A stretch of DNA of 64,000 nucleotides from a virus. A program made the translations under genes and the position numbers. Below the pieces are notes generated by a model. The model worked only from the letters and a program-made list of their open reading frames with translations, made no database searches and was not told the DNA's origin. Positions within the stretch are counted from its first letter, which is position 1. Each line of letters starts with the position of its first letter. The stretch lies in the IMG/VR virus record IMGVR_UViG_3300046747_000672, positions 49,763 to 113,762 of that record; one strand, written 5' to 3'. Below, one piece after another: positions 9,201-16,920 of this stretch.

Positions 9201-9352
9201 GGAATGATTCCCTTCAGGCAGTACAGCCGAATCTTCTCGACGCTGTCGCCGCGCTGCTTGGCGAGCTCGATCGCGAAGTCGCGCCGATCCTCGCGACGGT
9301 CGCGTCTCGGATTGCCTTTGCCACGGGCGCGTCTGGTTCTCGAATGGAGCAT
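9197..9352 (-). CDS. 51-aa Arg-rich peptide (not in ORF track)
   Basis: MLHSRTRRARGKGNPRRDRREDRRDFAIELAKQRGDSVEKIRLYCLKGIIP; stop overlaps next GTG. Confidence 0.55.
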   Translation of the reverse strand: MLHSRTRRARGKGNPRRDRREDRRDFAIELAKQRGDSVEKIRLYCLKGIIP

Positions 9353-9353
9353 C

Positions 9354-9533
9354 TCACGCCACCTTCCCGAGCCGCTGCCCCACCACGCGCATCCACTCGT
9401 CGGCGGGCATGTCGCTCGTCGACGACGGCGGCAGTCCGGTGATCTGGAGCAGCCACGCGACGAAGTCGTCGAACGACGGGCGAGGCGGAATGAGGCTGTT
9501 GCGGATGTGCACGGGTTGTCGGGTTCGGTTCAT
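9354..9533 (-). CDS. 59-aa hypothetical protein (not in ORF track)
   Basis: First ORF after the promoter at 9656-9684; stop 1 nt before next ATG. Confidence 0.55.
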   Translation of the reverse strand: MNRTRQPVHIRNSLIPPRPSFDDFVAWLLQITGLPPSSTSDMPADEWMRVVGQRLGKVA

Positions 9534-9579
9534 GTTGGTCTCTTGATTGGAGAATGGGTGGTCGTCTCATCGACTCCAT

Positions 9580-9643
9580 GCAGGACCGTCGGCACGCGTC
9601 TCGTCGTTTCGGTCCACTTGGTGGTCGAAGCCAACGGTCCTGC
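9580..9643 (-). ncRNA. Structured 5' leader (14-bp closing stem, inner hairpin)
   Basis: GCAGGACCGTTGGC pairs with GCCGACGGTCCTGC (one G-U on the minus strand); inner TTCG-CCAC-CAA-GTGG-CGAA hairpin. Confidence 0.5.
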
Positions 9644-9655
9644 TTGCAATCGATG

Positions 9656-9684
9656 ATTGTAACGCATTGCTCATTGTCCGTCGA
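9656..9684 (-). promoter_or_regulatory. Internal leftward sigma70-type promoter
   Basis: TCGACG-17 bp-TACAAT at one of the few sizeable intergenic gaps of the left arm. Confidence 0.6.
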
Positions 9685-9994
9685 GTATTGCCAACGCCTC
9701 CGCTTCCTTCAGCGCGACCATGACGTCGCCCCAGGTTCGCTCGGGCGCGTCGTGCCAGAGGACAATCGGCTGCACTCCGACGGCGCGCTCCAAGTAGTCG
9801 TATGCGGCATAGAACAGGCCGTAGGCCGGTGTCGCGGAGCTTGCTTCGTCGGCTGCCGACGCTTGATTGGTGACGTGAACAAGCGCCGCCGTCGCAGTCC
9901 ACCGCGTGACGCGGTCTTCCGTCGAGTACCGTGCCCACTTCTCCGGCGCGTCGATGAGGGCGCGCGCCGCCGCCAGCGCTTCACTCGGCTTCAT
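9671..9994 (-). CDS. Conserved phage protein (WHDAPERT..DV motif)
   Basis: ALAAARALI..PEKW...WHDAPERTWGDVMVAL. Confidence 0.7.
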   Translation of the reverse strand: MKPSEALAAARALIDAPEKWARYSTEDRVTRWTATAALVHVTNQASAADEASSATPAYGLFYAAYDYLERAVGVQPIVLWHDAPERTWGDVMVALKEAEALAILDGQ

Positions 9995-10148
9995 CGTCGT
10001 ACTCCCGAAGTTGCCGCCGAAGGTCGTCGGCGAAGCGCTCCTCGTCGCGGACGTGCGAGTAGATGGCGTAGTTCCAGACGGAAAATATGAACGCCGCGAA
10101 CGTTACGCCGATGCTGCAGGCCAATGCGACCGTGTCGGTGGCGCTCAT
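9981..10148 (-). CDS. Small single-pass membrane protein
   Basis: Hydrophobic VALACSIGVTFAAFIFSVW then charged tail. Confidence 0.6.
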   Translation of the reverse strand: MSATDTVALACSIGVTFAAFIFSVWNYAIYSHVRDEERFADDLRRQLREYDDEAE

Positions 10149-10552
10149 CGCCTCGCTCCTCGCGCCACGTCCCAGCACACATTTTCGTGAAACCAATTGC
10201 CCATGTCGTCCGTGCGCCCGCCCGTTTTGACGTAACCAGAGCAATGGGCGCAAAGCGGATAGTCCCGCGTCGGCACGTCGCTCGCGCGCCGCGGAATCAG
10301 ATGCCCCGGCGGAATCGACTGCGCGATCCTGCGCGCCGAGTTGAAGGCGGCGGCGGCCGGCGGCAGCGACGCGCGGCGACCGTTCACGATGCGGCTCAAC
10401 CGCTCCGCCGACGAGCCGAGATGGCGCGCCGTCGCAAGGAGGTCCGCGCTGACGCGTTCGCGCGGCCCGTTGGCAGGCGGCGACGACTTGATGCGCGTCG
10501 TGGACACCGGCGGCATGTCGTCGGCGGGAGGCTTCGGGAGGCGATGGATCAT
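10145..10552 (-). CDS. Hypothetical protein with C-terminal Zn ribbon
   Basis: CAHC...WFHENVC; coupled. Confidence 0.55.
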   Translation of the reverse strand: MIHRLPKPPADDMPPVSTTRIKSSPPANGPRERVSADLLATARHLGSSAERLSRIVNGRRASLPPAAAAFNSARRIAQSIPPGHLIPRRASDVPTRDYPLCAHCSGYVKTGGRTDDMGNWFHENVCWDVARGARR

Positions 10553-10809
10553 GAATCGATATCCGTTGTGAGAGGGAAGAGAACCGCGTTGAGTTGCACT
10601 CTGTAGGCTCCGCCACGCTGCGTCGTGATGCGGTAGACCGGCACCGCGAGGTGCTCCGTCGGCAGTTCGAACAGGAAGGTCGTTTCGATGGCGCCGTCGC
10701 CTAGGTCGACGCTCGCCTCTCGCAGGCCTCGGTCTCGGTACTCGGCGGTCTTCGCCATCGTGTCGACGAGCGAGACGTCGCGCCACACGGCATCGGCGAC
10801 TTTGGTCAC
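10549..10809 (-). CDS. Hypothetical protein
   Basis: Coupled at both ends. Confidence 0.6.
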   Translation of the reverse strand: MTKVADAVWRDVSLVDTMAKTAEYRDRGLREASVDLGDGAIETTFLFELPTEHLAVPVYRITTQRGGAYRVQLNAVLFPLTTDIDS

Positions 10810-11162
10810 GGGGACACCGCGCCATCGACGAACTCGACTTCGACGCCGTCCACGGCGAATCGCTCGGTCAGCCGCTTCTCTCGCGTGGCATCGTCGATCC
10901 CATCGTCGTCGTTAATGTTGGAGATGTCGTACTGTCGCGACCCTCCATTCCAGAAGACCCATGCCGGCCACCGCGGGTCCCCCTTCGTGAGCGAGCATTC
11001 GATGCTGACAGGATACTGCTGGCTCTTGAGCCGCTCCGGCGCCACGCCGCACGCCTCGCCGAGGAAGCCAAGGACGCAACACTTTCCTTCGCTGTTGCGC
11101 AAGACGCCGACGCCATCGCCGACTCCGCGCGCCCACTTCGACCTGTCGATTACGAGTTTCAC
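10806..11162 (-). CDS. Conserved phage protein (IDRSKWARG...CCVLGF motif)
   Basis: GAGG SD, GTGA coupling. Confidence 0.7.
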   Translation of the reverse strand: MKLVIDRSKWARGVGDGVGVLRNSEGKCCVLGFLGEACGVAPERLKSQQYPVSIECSLTKGDPRWPAWVFWNGGSRQYDISNINDDDGIDDATREKRLTERFAVDGVEVEFVDGAVSP

Positions 11163-11620
11163 GTTGCCACCCTCTTGCTGCTTGCCAGCAGCCGCTCGAA
11201 AACCGCCAGCCGTTTCTTCGCTCGAACGTCCGAGCGCTTGCATCCGATGTACGCGACCAACGCTCGCCGAATCGTGCCCGTCCGTCGTCGCAGCGTGACG
11301 AGCGCGCGCGCAGCAAGCGACTGCGCCAGCGTGTTCGACGCGCACACCTCGGCGGGCGCGTAGCCGTTCAGCCAATGACGATGGAGCTGCGGCGCCGCGA
11401 ATGCTTCGCCGTTGTCGCACTCGTAGCTGCGGCAATGGCAGCGCTCGATGCGCTCCTCGAACCGCGATTCCTCGAAGTGGACGGCGACGAGCCCGAGCAT
11501 GAGTTCGGTGTCATCGGCGGCGGCGACAGCGATGTCCGCCGCGTACCTGTCACGTTGCTCCGCGCCCAGGGTCGGGGCGAGCGTCGAGATCAACATCGCT
11601 ACGACGGTCGCTTCGATCAT
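11159..11620 (-). CDS. Lysozyme-fold / SLT-like lytic transglycosylase with N-terminal hydrophobic segment
   Basis: LVAVHFEESRF (catalytic ES motif)...GEAFAAPQL...ALVAYIG. Confidence 0.6.
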   Translation of the reverse strand: MIEATVVAMLISTLAPTLGAEQRDRYAADIAVAAADDTELMLGLVAVHFEESRFEERIERCHCRSYECDNGEAFAAPQLHRHWLNGYAPAEVCASNTLAQSLAARALVTLRRRTGTIRRALVAYIGCKRSDVRAKKRLAVFERLLASSKRVAT

Positions 11621-11805
11621 CGTCCCTCCATCGTCTCCGACTCGAACACCGCGCGCATCGCCCGAAGCCTCTCGGGCATGTCGAGCAGCGCCCGCGCGGC
11701 CCAGTCGGAGCCGTTCACGTTGGCCGCCAAGTACTCGCCGACGAGGCGGATGGCTTCGTCGAAAGCGGAGAGGGCGAGCTTGCGCTGTGCGGCGGGGGCG
11801 GTCAT
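11617..11805 (-). CDS. Hypothetical protein
   Basis: Coupled, SD present. Confidence 0.55.
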   Translation of the reverse strand: MTAPAAQRKLALSAFDEAIRLVGEYLAANVNGSDWAARALLDMPERLRAMRAVFESETMEGR

Positions 11806-12194
11806 CCCACCCTCGGCATGCGCGCAAATGCGTCCGCGGCCTCGACCCAGATCCAAGATTGCACGTGCGAGTCTTCCGGGTCGCGCCCAAGCGATTGGAT
11901 CGTGTGCATCCACCTGCCGCTGAACGCGACGTGGTGAACCTGCTCGTCGACGTGCGAAACAACAACGTGGACGGGCAGGTGGCACTTGCGATCGACCGAC
12001 GGTAGCTCGACCCAAAAGCTCGTTTGGTCGCAGTCCTGCGGCAGAAGCGGCGGAAGCTTTCGCGTGCTGAGACGCCGAGCGCGCGGCGCTTCCGGCGGCG
12101 GGGTGAACTGCTTCGGCGGGACGCGCGGAGTGACAGGCGACACGTCGTCATCGGACGGCGGGACGGCGGGCGGGAATGCTTTGGCGGGGTTCAT
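11802..12194 (-). CDS. Hypothetical protein, Pro-rich N-terminus
   Basis: ATGA coupling. Confidence 0.55.
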   Translation of the reverse strand: MNPAKAFPPAVPPSDDDVSPVTPRVPPKQFTPPPEAPRARRLSTRKLPPLLPQDCDQTSFWVELPSVDRKCHLPVHVVVSHVDEQVHHVAFSGRWMHTIQSLGRDPEDSHVQSWIWVEAADAFARMPRVG

Positions 12195-12466
12195 TCGGCT
12201 TTCTCGATGATCTCGAACAGGTGGAACACGAGGCTTCCTCCTCTGAATTGGGCCGTGCCTACGAACTTCACATGCGGCTCTTCGATCAGATGCCCCGTGC
12301 CAGCGAGACGGAATGAACGAGGCGCAGGGGGTGCTTCTGGGTCGACGAGCGCCCACAGCACAGGCTCGTTGTGCTGGTTGTCGAAGTGGAGGAGCTCGGC
12401 CCCGCTGGGCAGCAGGAGCTGGAACTGATCGGCCATGGGGCAGGCGAATTTGTAGACGGTTCTCAT
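12191..12466 (-). CDS. Conserved phage protein (LWALVDP...GTGH...VFHLFE family)
   Basis: Recognisable small phage beta-protein motif; GGAGG SD. Confidence 0.75.
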   Translation of the reverse strand: MRTVYKFACPMADQFQLLLPSGAELLHFDNQHNEPVLWALVDPEAPPAPRSFRLAGTGHLIEEPHVKFVGTAQFRGGSLVFHLFEIIEKAE

Positions 12467-12819
12467 CGCCCGCCTCCAACCTTCTTCGCTTCCATCTTCT
12501 CGAGCTCCTCCCGAATCGGCATCCGCGCCGCGACCATGTCCCGGAGCAGTGCCACGTCGTCCGTCGGCGTCGTCTTCGCGAGGGGCGCCGTCTCGCTCTT
12601 CGTCTCGCCCGTGATCGCCGCCAGTTCCGCCTCGAGTTTGCGCTGCTTCTCTCGCGCCCGCTGCCCGAAGTCCTCCCGCAAGTGCGAGATGGCGAGCCGC
12701 AGGAGGTTCGCTGCGTCGTCGGTGTTGCCACCCGCGAGCTTGGCGGCGGCGTCCTTCGCGAGGGCGCACGCCTGGGCGTAGTGTGGTAGGATGGCGGAGC
12801 GGCGGAGGTTGCGGGTCAT
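12463..12819 (-). CDS. Hypothetical helical protein
   Basis: Coupled. Confidence 0.6.
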   Translation of the reverse strand: MTRNLRRSAILPHYAQACALAKDAAAKLAGGNTDDAANLLRLAISHLREDFGQRAREKQRKLEAELAAITGETKSETAPLAKTTPTDDVALLRDMVAARMPIREELEKMEAKKVGGGR

Positions 12820-13040
12820 CGCGCGCCTCGCTGCGCCGATCGAAGCAGCTTCACGGCTGCGCGCAAAGCACGCGCATCCTCTCGATGCTCCGTCGACGTC
12901 TCTCCGCCCGGTGGGTCATCCGCCCAGACGTCCGATTGCTTGGCTTCCTGGTGGAAGAAGTCGATGACCATCTTGCGACCGCGCGCAGGGATGTTGCTCC
13001 ACGCTTCAGCGGCGCCGCCGGGTGAGACTTTGGTTTTCAC
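12816..13040 (-). CDS. Hypothetical protein
   Basis: GGAGG SD, GTGA coupling. Confidence 0.55.
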   Translation of the reverse strand: MKTKVSPGGAAEAWSNIPARGRKMVIDFFHQEAKQSDVWADDPPGGETSTEHREDARALRAAVKLLRSAQRGAR

Positions 13041-13279
13041 GCCGACCTCCTCGGCTCGAACTGCCCCATCGCGACCGCCTCGTCGACCGCCGCCTGTTGC
13101 TCCAGCGTCAACCCGTTGAACGACTCGTCCTCTTGCTCCAAGTCGAACACGATGACGCGCTTCCCCGGGTACATGGCCGCCAATCGGCGCACAGCGTCGA
13201 GGCAACCGTCAAAATCATCGTGCCGCGTCGACGTGTGAACGCAGAGTCGATCGAAGCAGTTGACGATGTAACGGCTCAC
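13037..13279 (-). CDS. Hypothetical protein
   Basis: GGAGG SD, GTGA coupling. Confidence 0.6.
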   Translation of the reverse strand: MSRYIVNCFDRLCVHTSTRHDDFDGCLDAVRRLAAMYPGKRVIVFDLEQEDESFNGLTLEQQAAVDEAVAMGQFEPRRSA

Positions 13280-13803
13280 GCGGACCTCCCGAAGGGCGCA
13301 GCGTCTTCGTTCGCTGCCTGCTCGGCCGGCACCGTCATCACGATGGAGCAGTGCCAGCGACCGCCGTGGGGGCAACTGACGTTGATGGCGCCGCGCAACG
13401 CCGGGTCGTAGGATACCACCACGTCGCCGCACGGGAGACCGCCGGAGTCGGAGCCGCCGCACTTGCGGCACGTGCAGACGTACTCGTAGCGCGTCGTCGT
13501 CTTCTGGGGCGCCGAGCGGACGGCGAAGCTCTGCCGGTCGAACCAGGATGGCGCGTTCTCGTTGGCCGCGGCAGGCGCCTTCGTCGGCGGGCGCAGCGCG
13601 ACAGCGCCGACGAGCATCTCCCACGTCTGCGGACTTGGCTCCGACACCTTGCTGCCGGCGGCGAAAACGCGTTGCTCAGCGGGCGTGTACGCCGCGAGCT
13701 TCATCGCCTGAGCCATCGACTCGACCGCGTTGGCAGCGGGCGGGACCTGGGCGAGCATCGCTCGCACTTTCACGATGCGGTTTCTCGTTTCGAACTGGTT
13801 CAC
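13276..13803 (-). CDS. Hypothetical protein with C-terminal Cys cluster
   Basis: AAGGAGG SD; CTCRKC...CPH. Confidence 0.65.
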   Translation of the reverse strand: MNQFETRNRIVKVRAMLAQVPPAANAVESMAQAMKLAAYTPAEQRVFAAGSKVSEPSPQTWEMLVGAVALRPPTKAPAAANENAPSWFDRQSFAVRSAPQKTTTRYEYVCTCRKCGGSDSGGLPCGDVVVSYDPALRGAINVSCPHGGRWHCSIVMTVPAEQAANEDAAPFGRSA

Positions 13804-14000
13804 GTTGCCTCCTTGCCGAAGATCACGGCGTCGGGGTTGCCGCAGAGCGCGATGAGATCGCGTCGCGCCCGGATGAAGAAGTCGAGGTTGTCGGAGTCGG
13901 CGAACGTGATTCGCGCCGGTTCCTCGTTGTCGAGCGCCGCGTGCGCCACCGTCGCGTCGCCGTAGTTCACGAGCAGGAGATTGACGCCACAGCACGCCAT
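13800..14000 (-). CDS. Hypothetical protein (Ead/Ea22-like FFIRAR motif)
   Basis: DNLDFFIRARRDLIALC; start uncertain. Confidence 0.45.
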   Translation of the reverse strand: MACCGVNLLLVNYGDATVAHAALDNEEPARITFADSDNLDFFIRARRDLIALCGNPDAVIFGKEAT

Positions 14001-14056
14001 CACGCCGATGACGGCGTGGTCAGTGGAGCGACCGGCGAGGGGACGGGAGAGCGGCG

Positions 14057-14251
14057 CTAAGGCTTGGAGCGCACCGACGCTGGCGTTTCTTCGGCGCGAC
14101 GATGCTGGAGCTCCAGCCGAGCCTCCCAGAGGGCCCAAGCCGTTTCCTTCATCGCCTTCACGCGTGCCGCTACGTAGCCCTCGTCGCCCGGGTTGTGTCG
14201 CACGCCCGCTGTCTGTTCGGCCACGATGAGGATTAGCCTGTTCGGCCGCAT
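14057..14251 (-). CDS. First gene of the PL transcript, hypothetical
   Basis: GGAG SD 8 nt before ATG, about 20 nt after the predicted PL start. Confidence 0.55.
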   Translation of the reverse strand: MRPNRLILIVAEQTAGVRHNPGDEGYVAARVKAMKETAWALWEARLELQHRRAEETPASVRSKP

Positions 14252-14277
14252 CAGATATTCTCCATCGCATGAAAGAG

Positions 14278-14312
14278 AGAGTAATGGCAGTTGCCACCGA
14301 TGGCAACTGCAA
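14278..14312 (-). promoter_or_regulatory. PL promoter with two tandem repressor operators (OL)
   Basis: TTGCCA-17-TACTCT on minus strand; operators TGGCAGTTGCCA (14285-96) and TGGCAACTGCAA (14301-12). Confidence 0.85.
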
Positions 14313-14327
14313 TCGGTAAGATGGATG

Positions 14328-14852
14328 CTACTTTTTTTTCTGCCATCCTGCGGCGCGACAGGCAAATACGCGAAATCCCATCATTCGGGCGTCGACCCAC
14401 CAGCGTGGGACATGGGTCTGTGTCTCTCGTGCGTGAGCGAGCGTGAACCCTTTGGCCAAATGTTCAGGCAGCGCGAGTTCGGCCGCCAGGAGAGTCTGCT
14501 CCGTGTCCGAGGAGTGTCGGCCTTCCTCTGCGAGGATGGCGCCTGCCAGGCATTGATAGACGTGCAATCCGACGTCCTGCGCATCGCCCGACCAGGCATA
14601 GTAGAGGCACCCGCCATCGAGTGACGGCGGCGGTGGCCGCGATCGCGTAACAGGTCTGAGTCGGTAGTTCAGTGCCAGCGCAAGATAGAGCGGATTCGTG
14701 AAAAGTGGCTTCTTGGCACGCGCGTACGCTTCCCTGGCGAGTCTTTCTCGGCGGTCGCGCGTCGCCCCCGTGCCGTCGTGGACATGTCGACCAAGCAAGA
14801 GTGCGGTAGTAGCGTCCCTTCCCATCCCCATGATCGCTACGAAACCATCCAC
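14328..14852 (-). CDS. Degenerate ImmA/IrrE-like protein lacking HExxH
   Basis: LYLALALNYRL...GLHVYQCLAGAIL...EQTLLAAELALP matches IrrE_N spacing (RFTLAHELGH...EANxFAAELLMP); downstream of repressor. Confidence 0.5.
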   Translation of the reverse strand: MDGFVAIMGMGRDATTALLLGRHVHDGTGATRDRRERLAREAYARAKKPLFTNPLYLALALNYRLRPVTRSRPPPPSLDGGCLYYAWSGDAQDVGLHVYQCLAGAILAEEGRHSSDTEQTLLAAELALPEHLAKGFTLAHARETQTHVPRWWVDARMMGFRVFACRAAGWQKKK

Positions 14853-14861
14853 CGTTGTGCC

Positions 14862-14891
14862 TAGGCAACAGTTTCTAGCCTATGGCATGAT
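14862..14891 (+). promoter_or_regulatory. Candidate extended -10 promoter for the immunity-region RNA
   Basis: TAGGCA-18-CATGAT with TGn directly before the -10 hexamer. Confidence 0.35.
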
Positions 14892-14897
14892 CTTTTC

Positions 14898-15101
14898 GCG
14901 AAGCGCGGGGGCGCCCCATTCCGCAAGCGTTTGATTCTGAGGGCGAAAGCGGCGCTTCGCTTCAGTAGAAGCGGGCAGGCTCAAGCTGCACATGCCTGGC
15001 AGAGTTAATTTTCGCTTTCGACCCACAAGCGCTCGCACTGTTGAGCGGTGCGGGGTTGACGCCGCATCAGGGTTCTGATGCGGATCGCGGCCCCCATTTG
15101 C
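14898..15101 (+). ncRNA. Candidate ~200-nt highly structured RNA between repressor and ImmA-like gene
   Basis: Nested helices: GGGGGC 14907/GCCCCC 15090; CCGCA 14921/TGCGG 15049; GCGTTTG 14927/CAAGCGC 15026; CGAAAGCG 14944/CGCTTTCG 15013; hairpins CGCTTC-AGTA-GAAGCG and CCGCATCAG-GGTT-CTGATGCGG. Confidence 0.55.
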
Positions 15102-15109
15102 GGCGCCGC

Positions 15110-15715
15110 CTACTTCCTTCGCGATGCGCGGATGGCATGGGCCGAGTGGTTCTTTGGACTGCTCGGCCGAGGAGCATCAGACTGTGGATGTAGGGGGCGC
15201 ACGACGCCCTCCGCGCGCTCCTGCTCAAGGCGAAGTTCGCCCTCTACCCTCTGGACCTCCGCCTCGGTGGCGAACCGCCAGTGGAACGTGACGACCGCAA
15301 GCACGTCAGCGACGTCGTAGACGGGCTTGTTGCGGTGCGCAGGCATGCCCCCCGCGAGACGAAACGCCATGTCGGGCAGGTCCCGTCGATCCGGGTGCCG
15401 CATCGCGAAAGGCTCCGCCTCTCGGTAGGAGGGCGACTCCTTGTACGGGCGCGGCGCTGGGTCGATCCACTTGGGCTCCTTGCCCTCCACGAGCCATTCC
15501 AGGCGCACTTTGAGATGATCGGCGATCTTCTGGAGCACGACGACGGTGGGCCCCGCCTTGGTCGACGGCTTCACGCCGGTCGCAGCGCGGCGGCGCGCCC
15601 TAGCCTCTAGGTTGCTGATGTAGCCGCCGCTGATGCCAGTTCGCCTGTAAAGTTCGTTGCTGGAAATCCCCGTCTCCTCCAGCACCTCTTTGATCCGGTC
15701 CGCAACGGTCGGCAT
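15110..15715 (-). CDS. CI-like XRE-family HTH repressor (no S24 peptidase domain seen)
   Basis: VADRIKEVLEETGISSNELYRRTGISGGYISNLE...LQKIADHLKVRLEWLVEG; divergent from cro. Confidence 0.88.
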   Translation of the reverse strand: MPTVADRIKEVLEETGISSNELYRRTGISGGYISNLEARARRRAATGVKPSTKAGPTVVVLQKIADHLKVRLEWLVEGKEPKWIDPAPRPYKESPSYREAEPFAMRHPDRRDLPDMAFRLAGGMPAHRNKPVYDVADVLAVVTFHWRFATEAEVQRVEGELRLEQERAEGVVRPLHPQSDAPRPSSPKNHSAHAIRASRRK

Positions 15716-15791
15716 TTGTTGGGTTTCAACGCTATCTCAAGCCCGGGTCGAGATGCCACCTGACACCGCTGTCCACGTGCCCCCAGTCCGA

Positions 15792-15826
15792 TTGCACTTG
15801 CAACCGATGGCAGTTGCCACTAGATT
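15792..15826 (+). promoter_or_regulatory. PR promoter with two tandem operators (OR)
   Basis: TTGCAA-17-TAGATT; operators TTGCACTTGCAA (15792-803) and TGGCAGTTGCCA (15808-19), CCGA spacer as in OL. Confidence 0.85.
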
Positions 15827-15840
15827 GGGTTTCGGACCGC

Positions 15841-16122
15841 ATGCGGACACTTCTCAGGACGAAATTCGGTGACAAATTCTCCGAAGGGGCGCGCCTTCTT
15901 TGGCTCGCGTGCATCAAAAACGGCTGGGATCAGAAGCGCCTTCGGGCACTTCTCGAATGCCCAGCTGGGTGCGTGAGCCGCTACCTCTGGGGCGATCGAC
16001 GGCCCGACAGGGAGACGTCGAACAGACTTCTCAGAATCGCTGGCGTCCCGCCGACGACCTGGGACGAGCCGCCGCGCCGAGCGTTTACGCCGCCCAGCAT
16101 CCTCAAGTCGAGGGCCGCGTAG
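15841..16122 (+). CDS. Cro-like HTH protein
   Basis: WDQKRLRALLECPAGCVSRYLWGDRRP HTH; first gene after PR. Confidence 0.8.
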   Translation: MRTLLRTKFGDKFSEGARLLWLACIKNGWDQKRLRALLECPAGCVSRYLWGDRRPDRETSNRLLRIAGVPPTTWDEPPRRAFTPPSILKSRAA

Positions 16123-16698
16123 ATGGCCGCAACCGTCTACATTTACACCCTCGGCGAACCTGGCGTGGGCGAGGTCCGTTACGTCGGGCAGAGCGTCGAT
16201 CCCAAGGCGCGACTCGCGAGCCATCTCTCCGACTCTGCAGCTGGCCCCGTTCGAACTTGGATTGCGTTTCTCCGGGAGACGGGCCGGACACCGGTCCTGT
16301 CGATCGTCGATGAGACGTCGAAGGATGGCGCCGACGCACTCGAATACAAGTGGATCGAGTACTTCCGACGGCCGCGCCTTCTCAACGCCGATCGCCCCGA
16401 GCCGGTTGCGCCGAAGCCGCGAAAGAAAGCTCCGCCGTCCGGTCTTGCGGACCGTGTAAGGGCTCTCCGCGTCAGCCGACAGCTCACTCAAGAGCAGCTC
16501 GCCATTCGCTCCGGCGGTCTTCTGACTCGCAACGACGTGAACAAGGTCGAGTGCGGACTGAACAAGGGGCGCTCGCATCGCATTCGAGAAGGTCTCGCGA
16601 ACGCCTTCGAGCTCGACTCGTCGATCATGAACGCATTTTTGAACGGCACGGTCAGCGCGGAATTGCTGATCGAGCCCCCGATCCGAGAGGCATCGTGA
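16123..16698 (+). CDS. GIY-YIG nuclease domain fused to XRE HTH
   Basis: VYIYTL...RYVGQS..PKARLASH...EYKWI...LLN; then LADRVRALRVSRQLTQEQLA...VNKVECG. Confidence 0.8.
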   Translation: MAATVYIYTLGEPGVGEVRYVGQSVDPKARLASHLSDSAAGPVRTWIAFLRETGRTPVLSIVDETSKDGADALEYKWIEYFRRPRLLNADRPEPVAPKPRKKAPPSGLADRVRALRVSRQLTQEQLAIRSGGLLTRNDVNKVECGLNKGRSHRIREGLANAFELDSSIMNAFLNGTVSAELLIEPPIREAS

Positions 16699-16920
16699 AT
16701 GCCCGCCTACCGCCGCCTCCCCGTCCCACCCTTCTCGCCGCCCGCGTGGCGCTCGTGGTCCGAGCCGACCGACGGCTCCTGGATCTCGTACACGACGATC
16801 GAAGGCCGCGTCGTCCACTTCGCGAATCGCGACAAGTACGGCGCCGTCCTGCCGTACTCGCCCCACCACCCGCACCCGACCGCGGGGCAGTGGCGCACGG
16901 GGGAACGATGCCCGATCTAG
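16699..16920 (+). CDS. Hypothetical protein
   Basis: GAGG SD, high GC3. Confidence 0.55.
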   Translation: MPAYRRLPVPPFSPPAWRSWSEPTDGSWISYTTIEGRVVHFANRDKYGAVLPYSPHHPHPTAGQWRTGERCPI

